DNA of 64,000 nt from the human T2T-CHM13v2.0 reference genome, Homo sapiens. Location of the stretch: assembly GCF_009914755.1 (NCBI RefSeq), contig NC_060929.1. One strand, given 5' to 3'. The position numbers and the translations under genes were made by a program. The notes below the pieces were generated by a model. That model ran no database searches, was not told where the DNA came from, and saw only the letters and a program-made list of their open reading frames with translations. Shown here piece by piece: positions 32,397-46,486 of the stretch (the stretch's first letter is position 1; the number at the start of each line of letters is the position of its first letter).

Positions 32397-32697
32397 TCTC
32401 TTTTTAGAGACAGTGTCTCACAGTGTCTCACTCTGTCTCCCAGGCTGGAGTGTAGTGGCATGATCATGGCTCACTGCAGCCATGACTCCAGGGCTCAAGC
32501 AATCCTCCCACCTCAGCCTCCCAAGTGGCTGGGACTACAGGCATGCACCACCATGCCTGGTTGATTTTTTCATTTTTCATAGAGATGGAGTCTTGCTATG
32601 TTGCCCAGGCTGGTCTCAAACTGGGCTCAAGTGATCCATGTGCCTCAGCCTTCAAAAGTGCTGGGATTATAGGCATGAGCGACTGCACACCCAGCCC
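32397..32697 (-). mobile_element. Alu (AluJ)
   Basis: Antisense diverged dimer. Confidence 0.92.
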
Positions 32698-32703
32698 TGA
32701 GAT

Positions 32704-33011
32704 TCTTTTTTTTTTTTTTTTTTTTTTTTTGTGAGACGAAGTCTCGCCCTGTTGCCAGGCTTGAGTGCATTGGCATGATCTCGGCTCACTGCAACCTCCA
32801 CCTCCTGGGTTCAAGCATTCTCCTGCCTCAGCCTTGTGAGTAGCTGGGATTACAGGCGCATGCCACCACGTCTGGCTAATTTTGTATTTTTAGTACAGAT
32901 GGGGTTTCTTCATGTTGGTCAGGCTGGTCTCAAGCTCCCCATCTCAGGTGATCTGCCCACCTCACCCTCCCAAAGTGTTGGGATTACATTCATGAGCCAC
33001 CACGCCTGGCC
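32704..33011 (-). mobile_element. Alu (AluS), tandem with previous
   Basis: Long T tail then antisense dimer. Confidence 0.94.
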
Positions 33012-33039
33012 AAGAGTCTTAATATTAAGTTAGCCTCTT

Positions 33040-33485
33040 ATTGTTTTGTGGATGTTGACAAAAGACACAAGACTTTTGGTTCAGAGATGAAGGACTATAT
33101 TACTCATGACACAGCAAGCAGCATAAGTATCAGCATATTTGTGTTGCTTTCCTTTCCCTCCAAGTCCCACAGAGGTGACAAGAAGGGCCTAGTGAATGCT
33201 GCAGACATATTGGGCTTGTGTCACAGCTGAGGAACCAAAGGCCGATAACTTTTTGAGCAAGTAGCGAGCACTGTAGCAGGCAGCAAACAAGCCAGGCCTC
33301 CTCTGCCCAGAGAGTGAGCAGTTACACTGAATCATGCTGTGGTCACCTTGACCTATTTAGTTGTCTATGGGACTAGCTACAGAAATTGCTCAGAATTGGT
33401 AGACAGATTAGTCCTGTAGCCTGGCACACTCAGCAAGAATGTGCAAGACCACCCAGGGCTCATGGTGAGCTGTCTGTCCCCATAG
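33040..33485. mobile_element. Probable old ERVL-class LTR remnant (MER76-like)
   Basis: tattactcatgacacagcaagcagcat...gtgtcacagctgaggaacc resembles my recollection of this family; weak. Confidence 0.4.
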
Positions 33486-33727
33486 TTTTAATACTTTGGA
33501 AAGGGGAAATAAATTATGAGCAAACTTAATAGTTCTTATTTTAATAATTTACTCTAAATCACAAGACTTATTCCTTTATATGTCTTTTTCAACATATATT
33601 TTCTTTTTTTAACTTAATCCCAAATATGATAGTATCAACATATATTTCAAGACTATCCTTATAACTATGCCAGTAAAATGTCCAAGCTTATTTCTGAAAT
33701 GTGTAATAAGAAATATAAACAAAACCA

Positions 33728-33839
33728 TGTGATTATATATATGTGATTATATATGTGTATATATATATACACACACATATATATAATATATATACACACA
33801 CACACATATATATATACATACACACATATATATATATAC
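33728..33839. repeat. (TA)/(CA)n compound microsatellite
   Basis: Directly visible. Confidence 0.9.
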
Positions 33840-34026
33840 TAGTTTCTTTCCATTATTTATTAAAATTGATCATTTCCTAAAGATGTTTGAGTACAGGGTA
33901 AACTATATTCTGATTCATTTTCACATTTCTTTCACTAGATTTTTTTCTAAAACAAACATAATAGAGAAACCGAATGCAGATTAGTAACTAGATTGCATTG
34001 AAACCAGGAAGAATTAATAGGAATGA

Positions 34027-34339
<313 letters not shown>

Positions 34340-34639
34340 TAATCAAGAAGCTTTTGGTCCTGTTAGAAGCACTTGAAAACCCTTACCATCAAAAAAACAG
34401 CATGAAATTTTGAGTGTCCCTTAAGGATACTTTGACACTCCAAAGAAAAAAATCAGTGGGACTAATTTTTCTAGGTTTCCTCTGTCCTTAGTTTCCAGGG
34501 GGCTGACTGCTGATGAACTAACTTAGCTGCTTACCCTTGGAGCAAACGCGTTTGCTTAAAGCCTGGACATCAAAGAGAGTAGGGGAAGATGGTCTTTAAT
34601 TCAGCTGTCTTTAATTTTCTCTCGCTCTGTTGAAGTCTC

Positions 34640-35015
34640 ACCAGGTTCTTTGCTTTCCTAGAATGTGCCAGAAACACTCCCTTGCTTAGGGACTTTGCCT
34701 CGCCTAGTCCTTCGGTAGGAAGCATGCTGCATCCAGAGATCCTCAGCCCACTCCCTGTCTGCCTGCAGGCTTTTGCTCAAATGTCCCTCAAGGAAGCCTA
34801 CACTGACCACCCTACTTAAAATATCAACCACCACCCCCAACCCTTCCCCAGCACTCTTCATCTTTACCCTGCTTAATTTTTCCTTATATCTTCTAATATT
34901 CTATATTAATTTTATTTATGATGTGAACAGAGTATGCTTCTGTTTCTTGCTGAACCCGCCGTGCCTAAGATGTGTCTAGCACAAAGTTCTCAATAAATAT
35001 CTGAATGAATGAAAG
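34640..35015 (+). mobile_element. L2 3' end
   Basis: Ends ctcaataaatatctgaatgaatgaa. Confidence 0.75.
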
Positions 35016-35417
35016 AGTGAGTATATTCCTAAGAAAAAGGAAAATGCAAACTTAAGAGCTATTGTTAACTTTTACAACTGGAATGCCTTAGTTAATTTTG
35101 GCATTGTTTTAGACAATAGATTTCAAACTTTTGGAAATGCCCTAAGGAGAGCCTAAATGCATTGCTATCTTATCTTCTTGCCATGCTCATTTAGCATTTC
35201 TAAAGTCCAGTAGTCCTGAAAATGAGCTCTTCAATTCAGGATATGCTGAATGATCCAAGAAAGCGCCAGGTGGATGAGTCCTATGTTTTTGTTCAGAAAC
35301 ATAAAAGTGAAATATATTTAAAAAAGGGGTAGAAGGGATTGTTTGGCACTAAGATAGGTGAAAATGGGAAAACAGGACCTGTCTGCATTATTATAAGACT
35401 GGGACAAACTGAATAGA

Positions 35418-35622
35418 ACAGCACTATCTAAAGAATCTTCTGTGATCATGGAAATATTCTATACCTGTATAGTCCAATTTGATAGCCACTAACCACAGGT
35501 GACTAATAATACTTGAAATGGGGCTAGTATGGTGGGAGAATTGATTTTTGAAATTTATTTAATTTTAATTAAATAGCACACGTGCCTAGTGCTATTTAAT
35601 GACACATATTGGGGAATGCAGG
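35418..35622 (+). mobile_element. MER3-like hAT-Charlie MITE
   Basis: ttctgtgatcatggaaatattcta...tagccactaaccaca...ttaattttaattaaatagc. Confidence 0.7.
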
Positions 35623-36983
35623 AATAGACTATGCCTCTGTTGTCAATTAGAGTGGGCAACATCTTTATGTCTCAGAGTGATCCAGCTATCATCACTCTAC
35701 TCCTTTAACTTCACAATGTTTCCGTTACTGTTCAGGAAAACATTTCAAAAAATGTAAACTCAAAGACCTAGGCTAGGCAGACAGCATTTGGAAGTGTCTC
35801 AATTGTAGGTGAGGTCTGAAATTTTAGTTTAATGTAACTCCTTCATTACTAATTTTGTTGACTTTTTCAAAATGTAAAAATATTCTCAAAACCATCTCTA
35901 CTTCTGGAATATAATATATAATTATTTTAATCCACATATCCACTCTTCTTACGTATATAAATGTTAATGTATGAAATTGCAGAACAGTCCAAAGTTCATG
36001 TAAATGAAAACTTGCTGGCACAGGAAAAATGAAAATAATTATAACCAGGCTTACCTTGTGTGAATAGATGGGTGAGGGTTGGTAGGGGGAGCAGAGGTAG
36101 AACTTTAGCAAACTAACAGTAGGATGCATCTAATCTGTTAAGTGCTCCCACCAAAAATGGAGACTCCTTCAACTTTTAAAACGTGTCCTTGAGAGGAGGC
36201 TAGCTTGCCATATTCTGGCTTGTCTCATGAGTTAAGACAAATCACAGAGGAGAATACTGAATGTTGAAGTCTACGGAATAAAGTGCTAATGTAATGGTTA
36301 TGAAAGAGATCACGGTCAATATTCTCTTTCTCTGTAATACTACATTTTACAGGTACCTTGTGTGTCTATTAGAGCAATAGACACTAAATTGGTCAGCCAC
36401 CTGGAATATATGTTAAATGACACAAGTAAAGTTGTTCTTATTACTAAAATTGATTGGATTCCATTATGTTTTAATGTCTCCCTAATTTAAATCTCTAGAC
36501 TATGTAATACATCTTGTCAAATGCTCCTGACATATAGACACCTGCTGCACGAGGAAGAATGCCATACATTAATCAACGAGTCAACTTAGCAAATCATTTT
36601 AGATTTTATAATTTTTTTTTTGGAATTTCACACAGAATGCATGTTTCACCTCTGTAACCTAAAAATGTTTACGATAATTTAAACTAAATTCATGCCATTT
36701 TATAGAACACATAGTATTGCATACAGGCAATTTTCCACTATCTGTGCCCCTGGAAGAGGCAGAGCCACAGATGACTTACAACAGAATTCTAAAGCTCTTT
36801 TAATGCTAATCCAAATCACTGGTATTTGACTTAAGATGCATTTTGTTTTTTAACTCCGTCACTGCATTTTGCTTAGGGTTATATTAAATTATTTTGTGGC
36901 CCCAAAGCTTGACAGATGTCAGGGCTAAGGGTGCTTGGAATTAAAAGTGGGAAATTAAATTACCAGTAATTGAAAGTTGACCT

Positions 36984-37133
36984 TTAAAATGTGCTTACAA
37001 ACCCATCATCAGGAGGATTCTCTAAGAACTGTATACAAGAGGCTGCTGTTTCTTCAATGGATTTTGACCAGCCACCAAGATTTCCAGCAAAGTAAGGAAG
37101 GATGCTAGCAGACATATGGTTAAAGTAAGATAC
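36984..37133 (-). CDS. ACOT12: ACOT12 last coding exon (15): VSYFNHMS...DDGFVSTF*
   Basis: Minus-strand acag|GTA TCT...TTT TAA; 150 nt; end of START domain. The 3' UTR end is not resolved. Confidence 0.96.
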   Translation of the reverse strand, partial: VSYFNHMSASILPYFAGNLGGWSKSIEETAASCIQFLENPPDDGFVSTF

Positions 37134-37403
37134 CTGTTTCAAAAAGAAAGTACAATATTTTAATTTCTTATTGACTTGGAGCTTTTTCAAGAAAGGATCT
37201 GAGTCTTGCTGGTGTAGGGGAGGCTAAGACCCTAATCTTCTGGGGGACCTTCTGGAATAGATGATCCGAAAGGATGACCTTAGGATTCCCATAGTGTGGA
37301 CACAAATTACAAGATTACAATTAATTAGGACATCTGGGTAAATTAAGAGATTTTTCGCTATCTGGCAGAGCCAATTAATCTGCAGATGTTTCATCAAACT
37401 TAC

Positions 37404-37530
37404 GATGCATGAATTGCTGTCAATAGCATGGATGAGAAATCCGGCACATATGATTTCACTTCTGATGTACTGTGGAGACGGGGGGACCGATGGCAAAATG
37501 ACCGACTTCACTGCCACTGTGTAAGTGTTA
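37404..37530 (-). CDS. ACOT12: ACOT12 exon 14 (START domain)
   Basis: ttcag|T AAC ACT...TGC ATC|gtaagt; NTYTVAVKSVILPSVPPSPQYIRSEIICAGFLIHAIDSNSCI; 127 nt. Confidence 0.96.
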
Positions 37531-37838
37531 CTGAAAGAAAACACTTTCTAAGCTCTTGTGAGAAATAAAGAATAGTTGTTAGAAAATAAATCCCTATAGT
37601 TAACCCAATTTACTTATACAGGTAGAAGTGAAACTATGAAGGCCCAGATCTTCTAGAAGAGTGGTCTCATCAGAAAACACTCTACAGGCTACCTTCAAGG
37701 TAGGAAATAGTGTTTTCTGCCTTAGAATTGCATATACAATGCTTTGTGTAACTCCATGAAACTGGAGTCAACCACCAAACTGAAGTTTTATTGTGCCCGA
37801 CAGGGTTGTAATTTCAGCCTCCTTTCCTTTTTAAATTA

Positions 37839-38239
<401 letters not shown>

Positions 38240-39066
38240 CTACCCTAGAAGTGAACACGCTTAACATTTTACTGTATAGCCCTCTAGACTTTTTAAAATA
38301 AGTGTATAAGAATGACATTTATATAAGCAAATGCACACAAAATTTTTTACATAAATATCATTTTACAAATATTGACTACAATTTGATTTTTCATTTAGCA
38401 ATAAATCTTTGAAGGTGTTTCTCTATCAGTCCCACTATAGCTCCTTCATCCTTTTTAATGATGGTACAATACTTTGTAGTATGGCTCTACCATAATTTAT
38501 AAGATGGATTTTCCATTTGTTTCTAATATCTTTTGACATAATAAATGATACAACACTGAACATCTGTTAATACTCATATGTGTGTGGGATTATTTGGGAC
38601 AGTTTCTCTTAGAAGCTAGCTGCCATGCTCTGAGAAGTTCAATGTACATGGAAAAACTATGTCTGGATACTCTGATCGACAGCCCCAGCTGACAACCAGC
38701 CATGGTGGATGTCTAGCATAGTCAAGCCTTGGTGAATTCTAAACCAATTCCTGATGTCTTATTTGGCTTCCACGACATTTTTACTAATCATGGTATGTTT
38801 CAAAGGTTTACTGAATACCAGTTTTACATTTACGTAGGAAAAGGAACTACTTTAGGATTCTTGCATTGTCCTTTGCAAACAGCTGGCTCTTAATAGATGA
38901 CTGTTAATTTTTAAAATAATAGCTAAAGATTCATCTAGGTATAATTCAAATAAACATAATTCAAGAGCAGAAATATCTACACAGACTTCATTATTTTCAC
39001 ATCAACTTTTAATTTCTATCCTATACTATGAAATATTAATAGAACACTTGGACTGCATATACTCAC

Positions 39067-39195
39067 CCATCTTTGAGGGGTTTTCTTCGTGATACGAGTA
39101 CTACCAAGTCTTTGGGTTTGTCATCATTCAGTATAGGACAGGTGATGTGATACAGCTGATCATCTTCACTCACCCAGTCTATGACTTCACAGGAC
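39067..39195 (-). CDS. ACOT12: ACOT12 exon 13 (START domain)
   Basis: cacag|G TCC TGT GAA...GAT GG|gtgagt; SCEVIDWVSEDDQLYHITCPILNDDKPKDLVVLVSRRKPLKD; 129 nt. Confidence 0.96.
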
Positions 39196-39371
39196 CTGTG
39201 TATATAGAACAGTGAAAAGCAGGTATACTTTCTACCTGCTCAGGCATTCACTTCCCTTATTTGCTTACATAATCTCATTATTTGTATCCATATTTGCCCC
39301 TTCAGCTCACCTAATCATCTCCCTAAAAGCCAGCATTATTGCTCAAGTCTGCCTTTAGAAGAGCTCTTTGA

Positions 39372-39693
39372 GGGTAGGCACAGTGGCTCATGCCTGCAAT
39401 CCTAACACCTTGGGAGTCTGAGGTGGGAGGATCACTTGAGGCCAGGAGTTCAGGACTAACCTGGGCAAAATCTTGCAAAACCCTATCTTTATAAAAATTT
39501 TTTAAAAAATTATTTGAGTGTGGTGGTGCATGCCTGTACTCCCAGCTACTCGAGAGGTTGAGGTGGGAATATCACTTGAGCCTGAGAGGTTGAGGCTGCA
39601 GTGATCCATGACTGTGCCACTGCAGTCCAGCTTAGGTGACACAGTGAGATCTTAAAAAAAAAAAAAAAGCCACAACAAACAAACAAAAAACGC
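39372..39693 (+). mobile_element. Alu (AluJ)
   Basis: Exact 13-bp TSD aagagctctttga at 39359-39371 and 39694-39706. Confidence 0.94.
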
Positions 39694-39894
39694 AAGAGCT
39701 CTTTGATCAGAAGGAATAATTCTGCAAGTGATAGAGGATGGTGGCCATCTGACTTCAAGTTCATAATTCTCAATACTTCAGTGAAAGGCATTGAGCTGTT
39801 TTACACAAAATTATTTTTCTCCAGGATCAAGTAAAAACATTGTGAGGACTGGTAAATCATATAGTCAGTCCAAGAAGGATTGTTTATATAGATA

Positions 39895-40120
39895 AAGAAA
39901 TGTGGTATATTGGAAACCGCACTAGCTTTGGAGTCACACAACTTTCTTTTGACTCCCAGATTGCCACTTACTCGCTACATAAGTTGCGTTAGGCAAGTCA
40001 TTTGATTTTTTCATCTGTAAAATTTAGATAATGATACGTGGGGTTATTGCAAGGATTCAGTGAAAACACCTGGCATAGTACCTGAATCATAGTACATGTA
40101 CAAGAAAAGTTAGTTGGATT
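39895..40120 (+). mobile_element. MIR
   Basis: gctttggagtca...gccacttactcg...ggcaagtcattt...catctgtaaaat. Confidence 0.7.
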
Positions 40121-40353
40121 AGAATTCATTCATTCACTCCCCAATTTGTTCAACTTCAATTTGGCTGGAATGTCAAGTGACATAGAGATAGTGGGAGAAA
40201 CATTTTTAAAGCATAACACCAAAGTTTAGGCATTGTTATTCCTAAAAGCTTGTACTGGTAGAGTATCTACTAAATTGATGCAAGAAAATTGAGAAGTGTT
40301 CCTCTTCTCTCAGAATGATTTATTATGATAGCATTAACCACGATGTATCATTC

Positions 40354-41124
40354 TGATACAGGAGGTGGGCAGGGAAATGTTGGGTAGGGAAGGGCAGGGT
40401 CCCTGGTGAGGGCTCCACCCTCGGGCCTGTGCCCACAGACCTAAATGAGGACAGGCATTTCTGTTTTCACACCCCAAAAGTTACCTTTTGGCCCACTGCA
40501 CCCCACATCCTGTGCCCATAAAAAACCCGAGACCCTAGCGGGCTGGATGTTGAGAGGAACAGAGGAGCACACTGCCAGACACCAGCAGACGCTGGCAGAC
40601 CATCGATGGTGGAAAGACATGGAATTCAGTCAGGGGTGGTCAGAGGAGAGTCTGGTGGCTGGGCAGCCTGACTCCAGAAGAAGACCACCTTCCCACTCCA
40701 TCCTCCTTCTGGCTCCCCATCCATCTTGCTAAAAGCAACTTCCACCACTCAATAAACCTTGCACCCATCCTCCAAGGCCACGCGTGAGCCGTTTTTTCCA
40801 GTACACTAACGCAAGAATCCAGGATACAGAAAGCCCTCTGTTCTTGCAATAAGGCAGAGGGTCTGATCGAGCTGATTAACACAGGCTGCCTGCAGACAGC
40901 AAAACTGAAAGAGCGCATCGTAACACACACCCACCGGGGCTTCAGAAGCCATAAACAGTCAACCCTAGATGCTGCCGTGGGGTCAGAGCTCAAAAACACT
41001 CCCCACGACTTAAGCGACTTAAGCGTCTGCATGATCCCTCTAGGGGTTTGAGCAGCACGGAAGAAACAAGCCACACCCTTGTCGCAGGCCCTATGAGGAG
41101 GATAAGGGAACTCCTCCCATTTCA
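40354..41124 (+). mobile_element. ERV1 solo LTR, LTR1/MER52-related
   Basis: TG...CA termini, 771 bp, 4-bp flanks attc/actc, TATA-like cataaaaa at ~40517, AATAAA at 40751. Confidence 0.85.
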
Positions 41125-41954
41125 ACTCTAGCATCTGTGCCAATGTAACACGTGACCTCAGAGATGTTTCACTTTAGTGGTATTAAATCATATGTTACAT
41201 GGTATTTCTAAATCTCTATCACAGTGAGTTTTAGAAAATTTGAAGATGAGCCTCTATCTTGTCAAGATTAGGAAACGCTTAACACATAGGAAGCCCATCT
41301 CATCAACTCTTCCGTGTCAACAAGGTGGGCCATGAAGCCCTGCGGGGTGCTATAGCCAAGGTGGCTGGGCCCCAGTGCAGCTGGTCTCTGTCAGTGCAGT
41401 TGGCAGGGTGCACAGCTCTGTACTGTGTTCCAGGAAAGGGCTGGGGAGTGGAGGAGATTGGATTAGGGATGCAGGAGACAGGGAGTGGCAGGAGTGGGAG
41501 ATGTAGGCTAATAGGAGCAGGGACATCATCAGGAGGGGGAGCAGGAAGGCATGCCTTTCACCTCGGGGCTCACACAGCTTGCTCTCTTAGCTTCTCACCA
41601 GGGAGGGTTGCTTCACAGAAAAGTAAGGAACTGCCAATGAAATATTGAGAGTATGCAGGACAATTGGATAATCACTTCCTCAAGAGCAATGAGGTTGCAT
41701 ATTAAAGTAGAAGAGTGTAGAATTCAGAGCATGACAGACTTGGGTTCCAGTTTGGGTTCCATCACTTTATTGCCTGTGCAATCTTGGCACGTCTCAGAAC
41801 CTCTTAAATGGAAATAATATTGACCTTGAAGTTACTGGTAGAATTACAATAGATGTGTGTAAAGCAGGTCAACTCAATATAGATGATAAGTGAGTATAAT
41901 TTTTGTTTTGTGTCTCTCAATATCACCTGATGCAGTATTCTGTCCAGATCAAAC

Positions 41955-42222
41955 TTTATTTTTATTTTAATTTTTGACAGGGTCTCCTGTGTCACCCAGG
42001 CTAGAGTGCAGTGGTGTGATCTTGGCTCACTGTAGCCTTGACCTCCCAGACTCATGCAATCCTCCCACCTGGGTCTCCCGGGTAGCTAGGATTACAGGCA
42101 TGCACCACCATGTCCAGCTAATTTTTGTGTATTTTATAGAGATGGGCTTTCACCATGTTGCCCAGGCTGGTCTTGAACTCCCGGACTCAACTATCCACCT
42201 GCCTCAGCCTCCCAAAGTGCTA
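41955..42222 (-). mobile_element. Alu (AluJ), 5'-truncated
   Basis: Antisense Alu ending at cccaaagtgct. Confidence 0.92.
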
Positions 42223-42357
42223 TGCTGGGTCAAACTTCTAAAAATACTCTTTAAACAATGGGTCACACATTGGACGATGGAGATGGACTTCAGTATGGAG
42301 ATCATCTTTTACATTATGTCAAGGTTGATTGAGAAAAATTTTTAAATTTGTTCTTAC

Positions 42358-42491
42358 ACAAAATGGGGGTCCCACAAAGGTCGCTTTGTAAAGTCAGACA
42401 AGAGACGATAAGCCAAATGTGCTGGACTTCCCACGTGCTTTTCAACCCAAACAGATAAAACATCATGCTCTTCCAGAGTATATATTTTTAT
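42358..42491 (-). CDS. ACOT12: ACOT12 exon 12 (START domain)
   Basis: tttag|ATA AAA ATA...CAT TTT GT|gtaaga; IKIYTLEEHDVLSVWVEKHVGSPAHLAYRLLSDFTKRPLWDPHF; 134 nt. Confidence 0.96.
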
Positions 42492-43949
42492 CTAAAAGAC
42501 AACAAAAAAATTAAATTACGAAAGAAAACTGATGCTTTTACTTTAGAAACCATATGCATATATATGTAGTCATAGACCAATTGCACTAACTAAGGCATCT
42601 TATTTCCTGGATGAAATTGAAGCCCCATGGCAATTTCTCTTCAAATACTGGGATGTCTAGAGGTCTGTCCAGGATGCTGTAGTCTCGTGTCCTCTAAACA
42701 ATATGTGACTTGAGGGTGGGCTATTTAATTATTGCACAACAGTTTTTTTTTTTCTCATGAAAAATGTAAAAACCTAGGCCTTTCTCTCCTTGTCTCTTTG
42801 TGATGTTTCCCTGCCTCTACTGAGGAAAAAAAGAAAATATCACCAGACTGCTAGGCAGGTCAGCACCTCATCTCCCTCAAAAGAGCAGAGTCAAGGCTAT
42901 AGCTTAGGACACTTTCCCAGGATGTCAGGCGTGTCTTTAAGTGGGCCAAGGGGATCCAGGAACTGAATCAACCACTTCTAGAACCATCTCAGCCTCTTAG
43001 CAGGGCCCCTGGAGCACCATATTTCCTCAGCACGAAGCACCCTTTCATTTCCGAATCACAGTGGCTGGATCATCCTTCTGAAAGGCCAGTTCCTGGTTTC
43101 CTAATGCACATTATTCCTTAGGTAAGAGGAGGCTTGTCCTGGGGAGCCATTTGACATATACTTAAGCATGAATGCATCCCTTGCTACTCTGAGCTTTTCT
43201 TCTACTGTGTTTTTGACAATAATCAGAGATGTGTGTTCAGCTAAGAACACATTTCTATCCTTCCCGTTTTCTTTATCTCTTTCAGGATACTTTGAAGTTA
43301 GTGTTGAAATTTGCTACCTTATAACCATTCCCATGGCAACAAGCTGTGAGAAAACAAACAAATATGGGGTTAGGACTTCACTGCAGGAATCAAGCAGATG
43401 GGAAAAATCAGGCTGTAAAGGAGAAGGCTTTATTTAAACATAAATATCATCAATAAGAGAATGAGAAAATGAGAAATTAACTACAAGCTGCTCAGAAAGG
43501 AAACAAGTGATTATTTGCTTACACCATTTAACCTCTCCAATTGAACTTGGTTCCAAGCCTCCCTTTAAATCCAGCCTGCAAAGGAAGACATGACTGAGGC
43601 TGTGAGCACTTATCAAACACCAAGAAAACTAGGGATGGGGCTCCAGGTGGCTGGTGAGACACACCCTACTTAGCATGGGCATGCCTAACTTTGCCCCCAG
43701 CACAGGGGGAGTTGAAGGAGTTTCATTGGTGTATATCCAGAGAGATTATCAGATTCATCAGTCATCCAATCGGTGGTTGGTAGGTAAGTGGCTCTAGGAT
43801 GGCCTGCTGGGGCTCTGCAATCTCAGAGGAGCTGAGGGCAGGTGGCCAGGGTGAACTCCATAGTGCCAGTCCTAATCTGCCCTTGGGGCAGCCATGCTCC
43901 ATTCTGGTGGAACAAGATGGAGTGGGATGCAATATTGTGCTGAGCACTT

Positions 43950-44422
43950 ATTAAGAGTTGAATTATTTCTCTACCCTTCCACCCCCAAATTCATATGCTG
44001 TAGCCCCAACCTCCTGTACCTCAGAATCTGACCTTATATGGAAATGGGGCTCTTGCAGATGTAATTAGTCAAGATGAGGTTGTGCTGTGGTAGGATGGGC
44101 CCCTAATCCAATATGACTGGCATCCTTATTAAAAAGGGACATTGGACATAGACATGCTTATAGGGAGAACACATGTGATGACAAGGGTGGAGATCTGGTG
44201 ATGTTTCTATAAGCCAAGGAATGCCAAAGACTGACAGAAAATCACCAGAAGCTAGGAGACAAGCATGGAACAGATTGTCCCTCACAGGCTCAGAAAGAAG
44301 CAACCCTGCTGACATCTTGGTCTCAGACTACCAGCTTCCAGAATTGTGAGACAATAGATTTCTAATGTGTCCACTACCCAGTTTGTGGTCCTCTGTTATA
44401 GCAGCCCTAGGAAACTAATACA
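43950..44422 (+). mobile_element. MLT1B/C-like MaLR LTR
   Basis: gttgaatt...ccaaattcatatg...cagcttccagaattgtgagacaata...aactaataca. Confidence 0.85.
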
Positions 44423-44842
44423 GCACTTTTCTGGGGGTGCTGCTCCCCAGGTTGCAGTCACATGCTTCTGCTTCCTATCCTGGAGCCAAACCAAACATCA
44501 AGCTAAGTTGTAACCACCACTGAATTCTGCCCTTACAGAGCTCACTTGACTTATCCAATGTCAGGTACAGTACTGGATGAGCAAATTCGATTTTGATCTT
44601 TCCCCTAGAAGGTGAGGGTAGCAGAAAGTCCCCGTTGCCCTGCTGTATAAATCAATGATATTGATGCAAACAAAGCAGACAAGGAAATGCAGTAGTTAGT
44701 TTTGGTTCTCTTTAAACCCTGCTAATAAAGGCCAGCTTTTGCTTAGTGAAAAAATTTTCCAGGAACAATTCTCCAAGAAAATGAATTACCTTTCACATTT
44801 GGGAATATAGAGATTCAATTTATTTATTTATTTGTAACCAAC

Positions 44843-45223
44843 TGATATGGATTGGATTTGTGATTTCAACCAAATCTCATGTCGAATTGTAATCCCCAGT
44901 GCTGGAGCAGGGACCTGGTGGGAAGTGACTGGATCATGGGAGTGGACTTCCCCCTTGCTGTTCTTGTGATAGTGAGTGAGTTCTCATGAGATCTGGTTGT
45001 TTGAAAGTGTGTGGCACCTCCCCCTCTCTCTTCCTCCTGCTCTAGCCATGTAGGACGTGCCTGCTTCCTCTTCACCTTCTGCCACGATTGTAAGTTTCCT
45101 GAGGCCTCCCCAGCCATGCTTCCTGTGCAGCCTATGGAACCCTGAACCAATTAAACCTCTTTTCTTTATAAATTACCCAGTCTCAGGTAGTTCTTTATAG
45201 CAATGTGAGGATGAACTAATACG
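44843..45223 (+). mobile_element. MST-type MaLR solo LTR
   Basis: tgatatgg...aactaatac; exact 5-bp TSD CCAAC at 44838-44842 and 45224-45228. Confidence 0.9.
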
Positions 45224-45410
45224 CCAACTCAAACGTTTTCTTTATCATTTGATGGTTGGAGAATTTCATTCTACGAAATGAAGCTTAAAGCAAGCAGGCT
45301 CAAAATCTGCTGGATCTTGCTAACATTTTATTAGTGATATCATTGTTTTCATTCTAATAAGATTCTTTTTGAATTTGAATTTAATGTCTTATACAAATAG
45401 TATAAGAGGG

Positions 45411-45680
45411 CTTGCAATCCCAACACTTTGGGAGGCCGAGGTGGGCAGATCACCTGAGGTCAGGAGTTTGAGACCAACCTGGAAACATGGTGAAACCCTG
45501 TCTCTACTGAAAACACAAAAATTATCCAGGGGTGGTGGCACATGCCTGTAGTCCCAGCTACTTGGGAGGCTGAGGCACGAGAATCCCTGGAACCCAGGAG
45601 GGGGAGTTGTAGTGAACCGAGATCACACCACTGCACTCCAACCTGGGCAAAGAGTGAGACTCTATCTCAAAAAACAAACA
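45411..45680 (+). mobile_element. Alu (AluS), 5'-truncated
   Basis: Starts within left arm; A-rich tail. Confidence 0.92.
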
Positions 45681-46486
45681 GTACAAGAGGAAACAACTAA
45701 AAATTTGAGAATTTTTGTACCATCTATTGACAAATATGTTATGGAGACTACACTGTGGTAAAGAGGGCAAAAGTGGTTTTTACAGAAGCCTAGGGGAGCC
45801 TTCATTTTCCCTGGAGGTATCTGGAGATGACCACGGGGGCCAAGCGGGTGGGGGTCGGAAGGGCGGAGCTCTGGGCCCAGCCCCTCCCCCGGCTCCATGA
45901 GAATAGCTCCCCTCTGGTCTGTTTCCTATACTAGGGGTCTGTCCTATGTAAAGGTTTTCAAGTGGTTCATGTCATTCTGGCTTTCATCATAATTTTCCCA
46001 GTACATCCCCAGGTCTTCCTTAAATAAAAAGTTACTCCTGTCAGGCCAGTCTCCTACTCAATGCTAATTTCCACCAGGAGAACTTGGCTTAAACTACCCA
46101 CTGCCTAGAAAGCCCTATTTCTCCCTCAGCAATCCACTCCTGACACTGTCTTCAAGGAGGTAAGAATGGCCTCCTCTCTAAAGTTCTCCCTATATAACTG
46201 TCTTCTCTTGGAATTGCCTATAAGAGCTGACTTTTATGGTTTAAGCACTGTAATCTCTCACTTGTTAATAAACGACCTTATAATTATTCTTCAGCTGTTT
46301 CACATACCTGTGTGATGTTTCCAAAATATACATTTTGCTCCTTGTATTACTACTACAATTAATTCTATCATTATACATGAAACATGAAACGAATTAAAAC
46401 CATAAGCCCTATCCAATTTCATCACATATACTACAATCTTAAATTTTTACCATCTAATTTATATTGAAAACCTGGAAAAAACATGA

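Noticed and set aside
40640-41143. 167-aa minus-strand ORF
   Set aside because: Lies almost entirely within a solo LTR; no recognisable retroviral or cellular domain.
45835-45895. G-rich patch as a G-quadruplex or internal promoter
   Set aside because: About 60 bp with irregular G tracts and few CpGs; not enough support.
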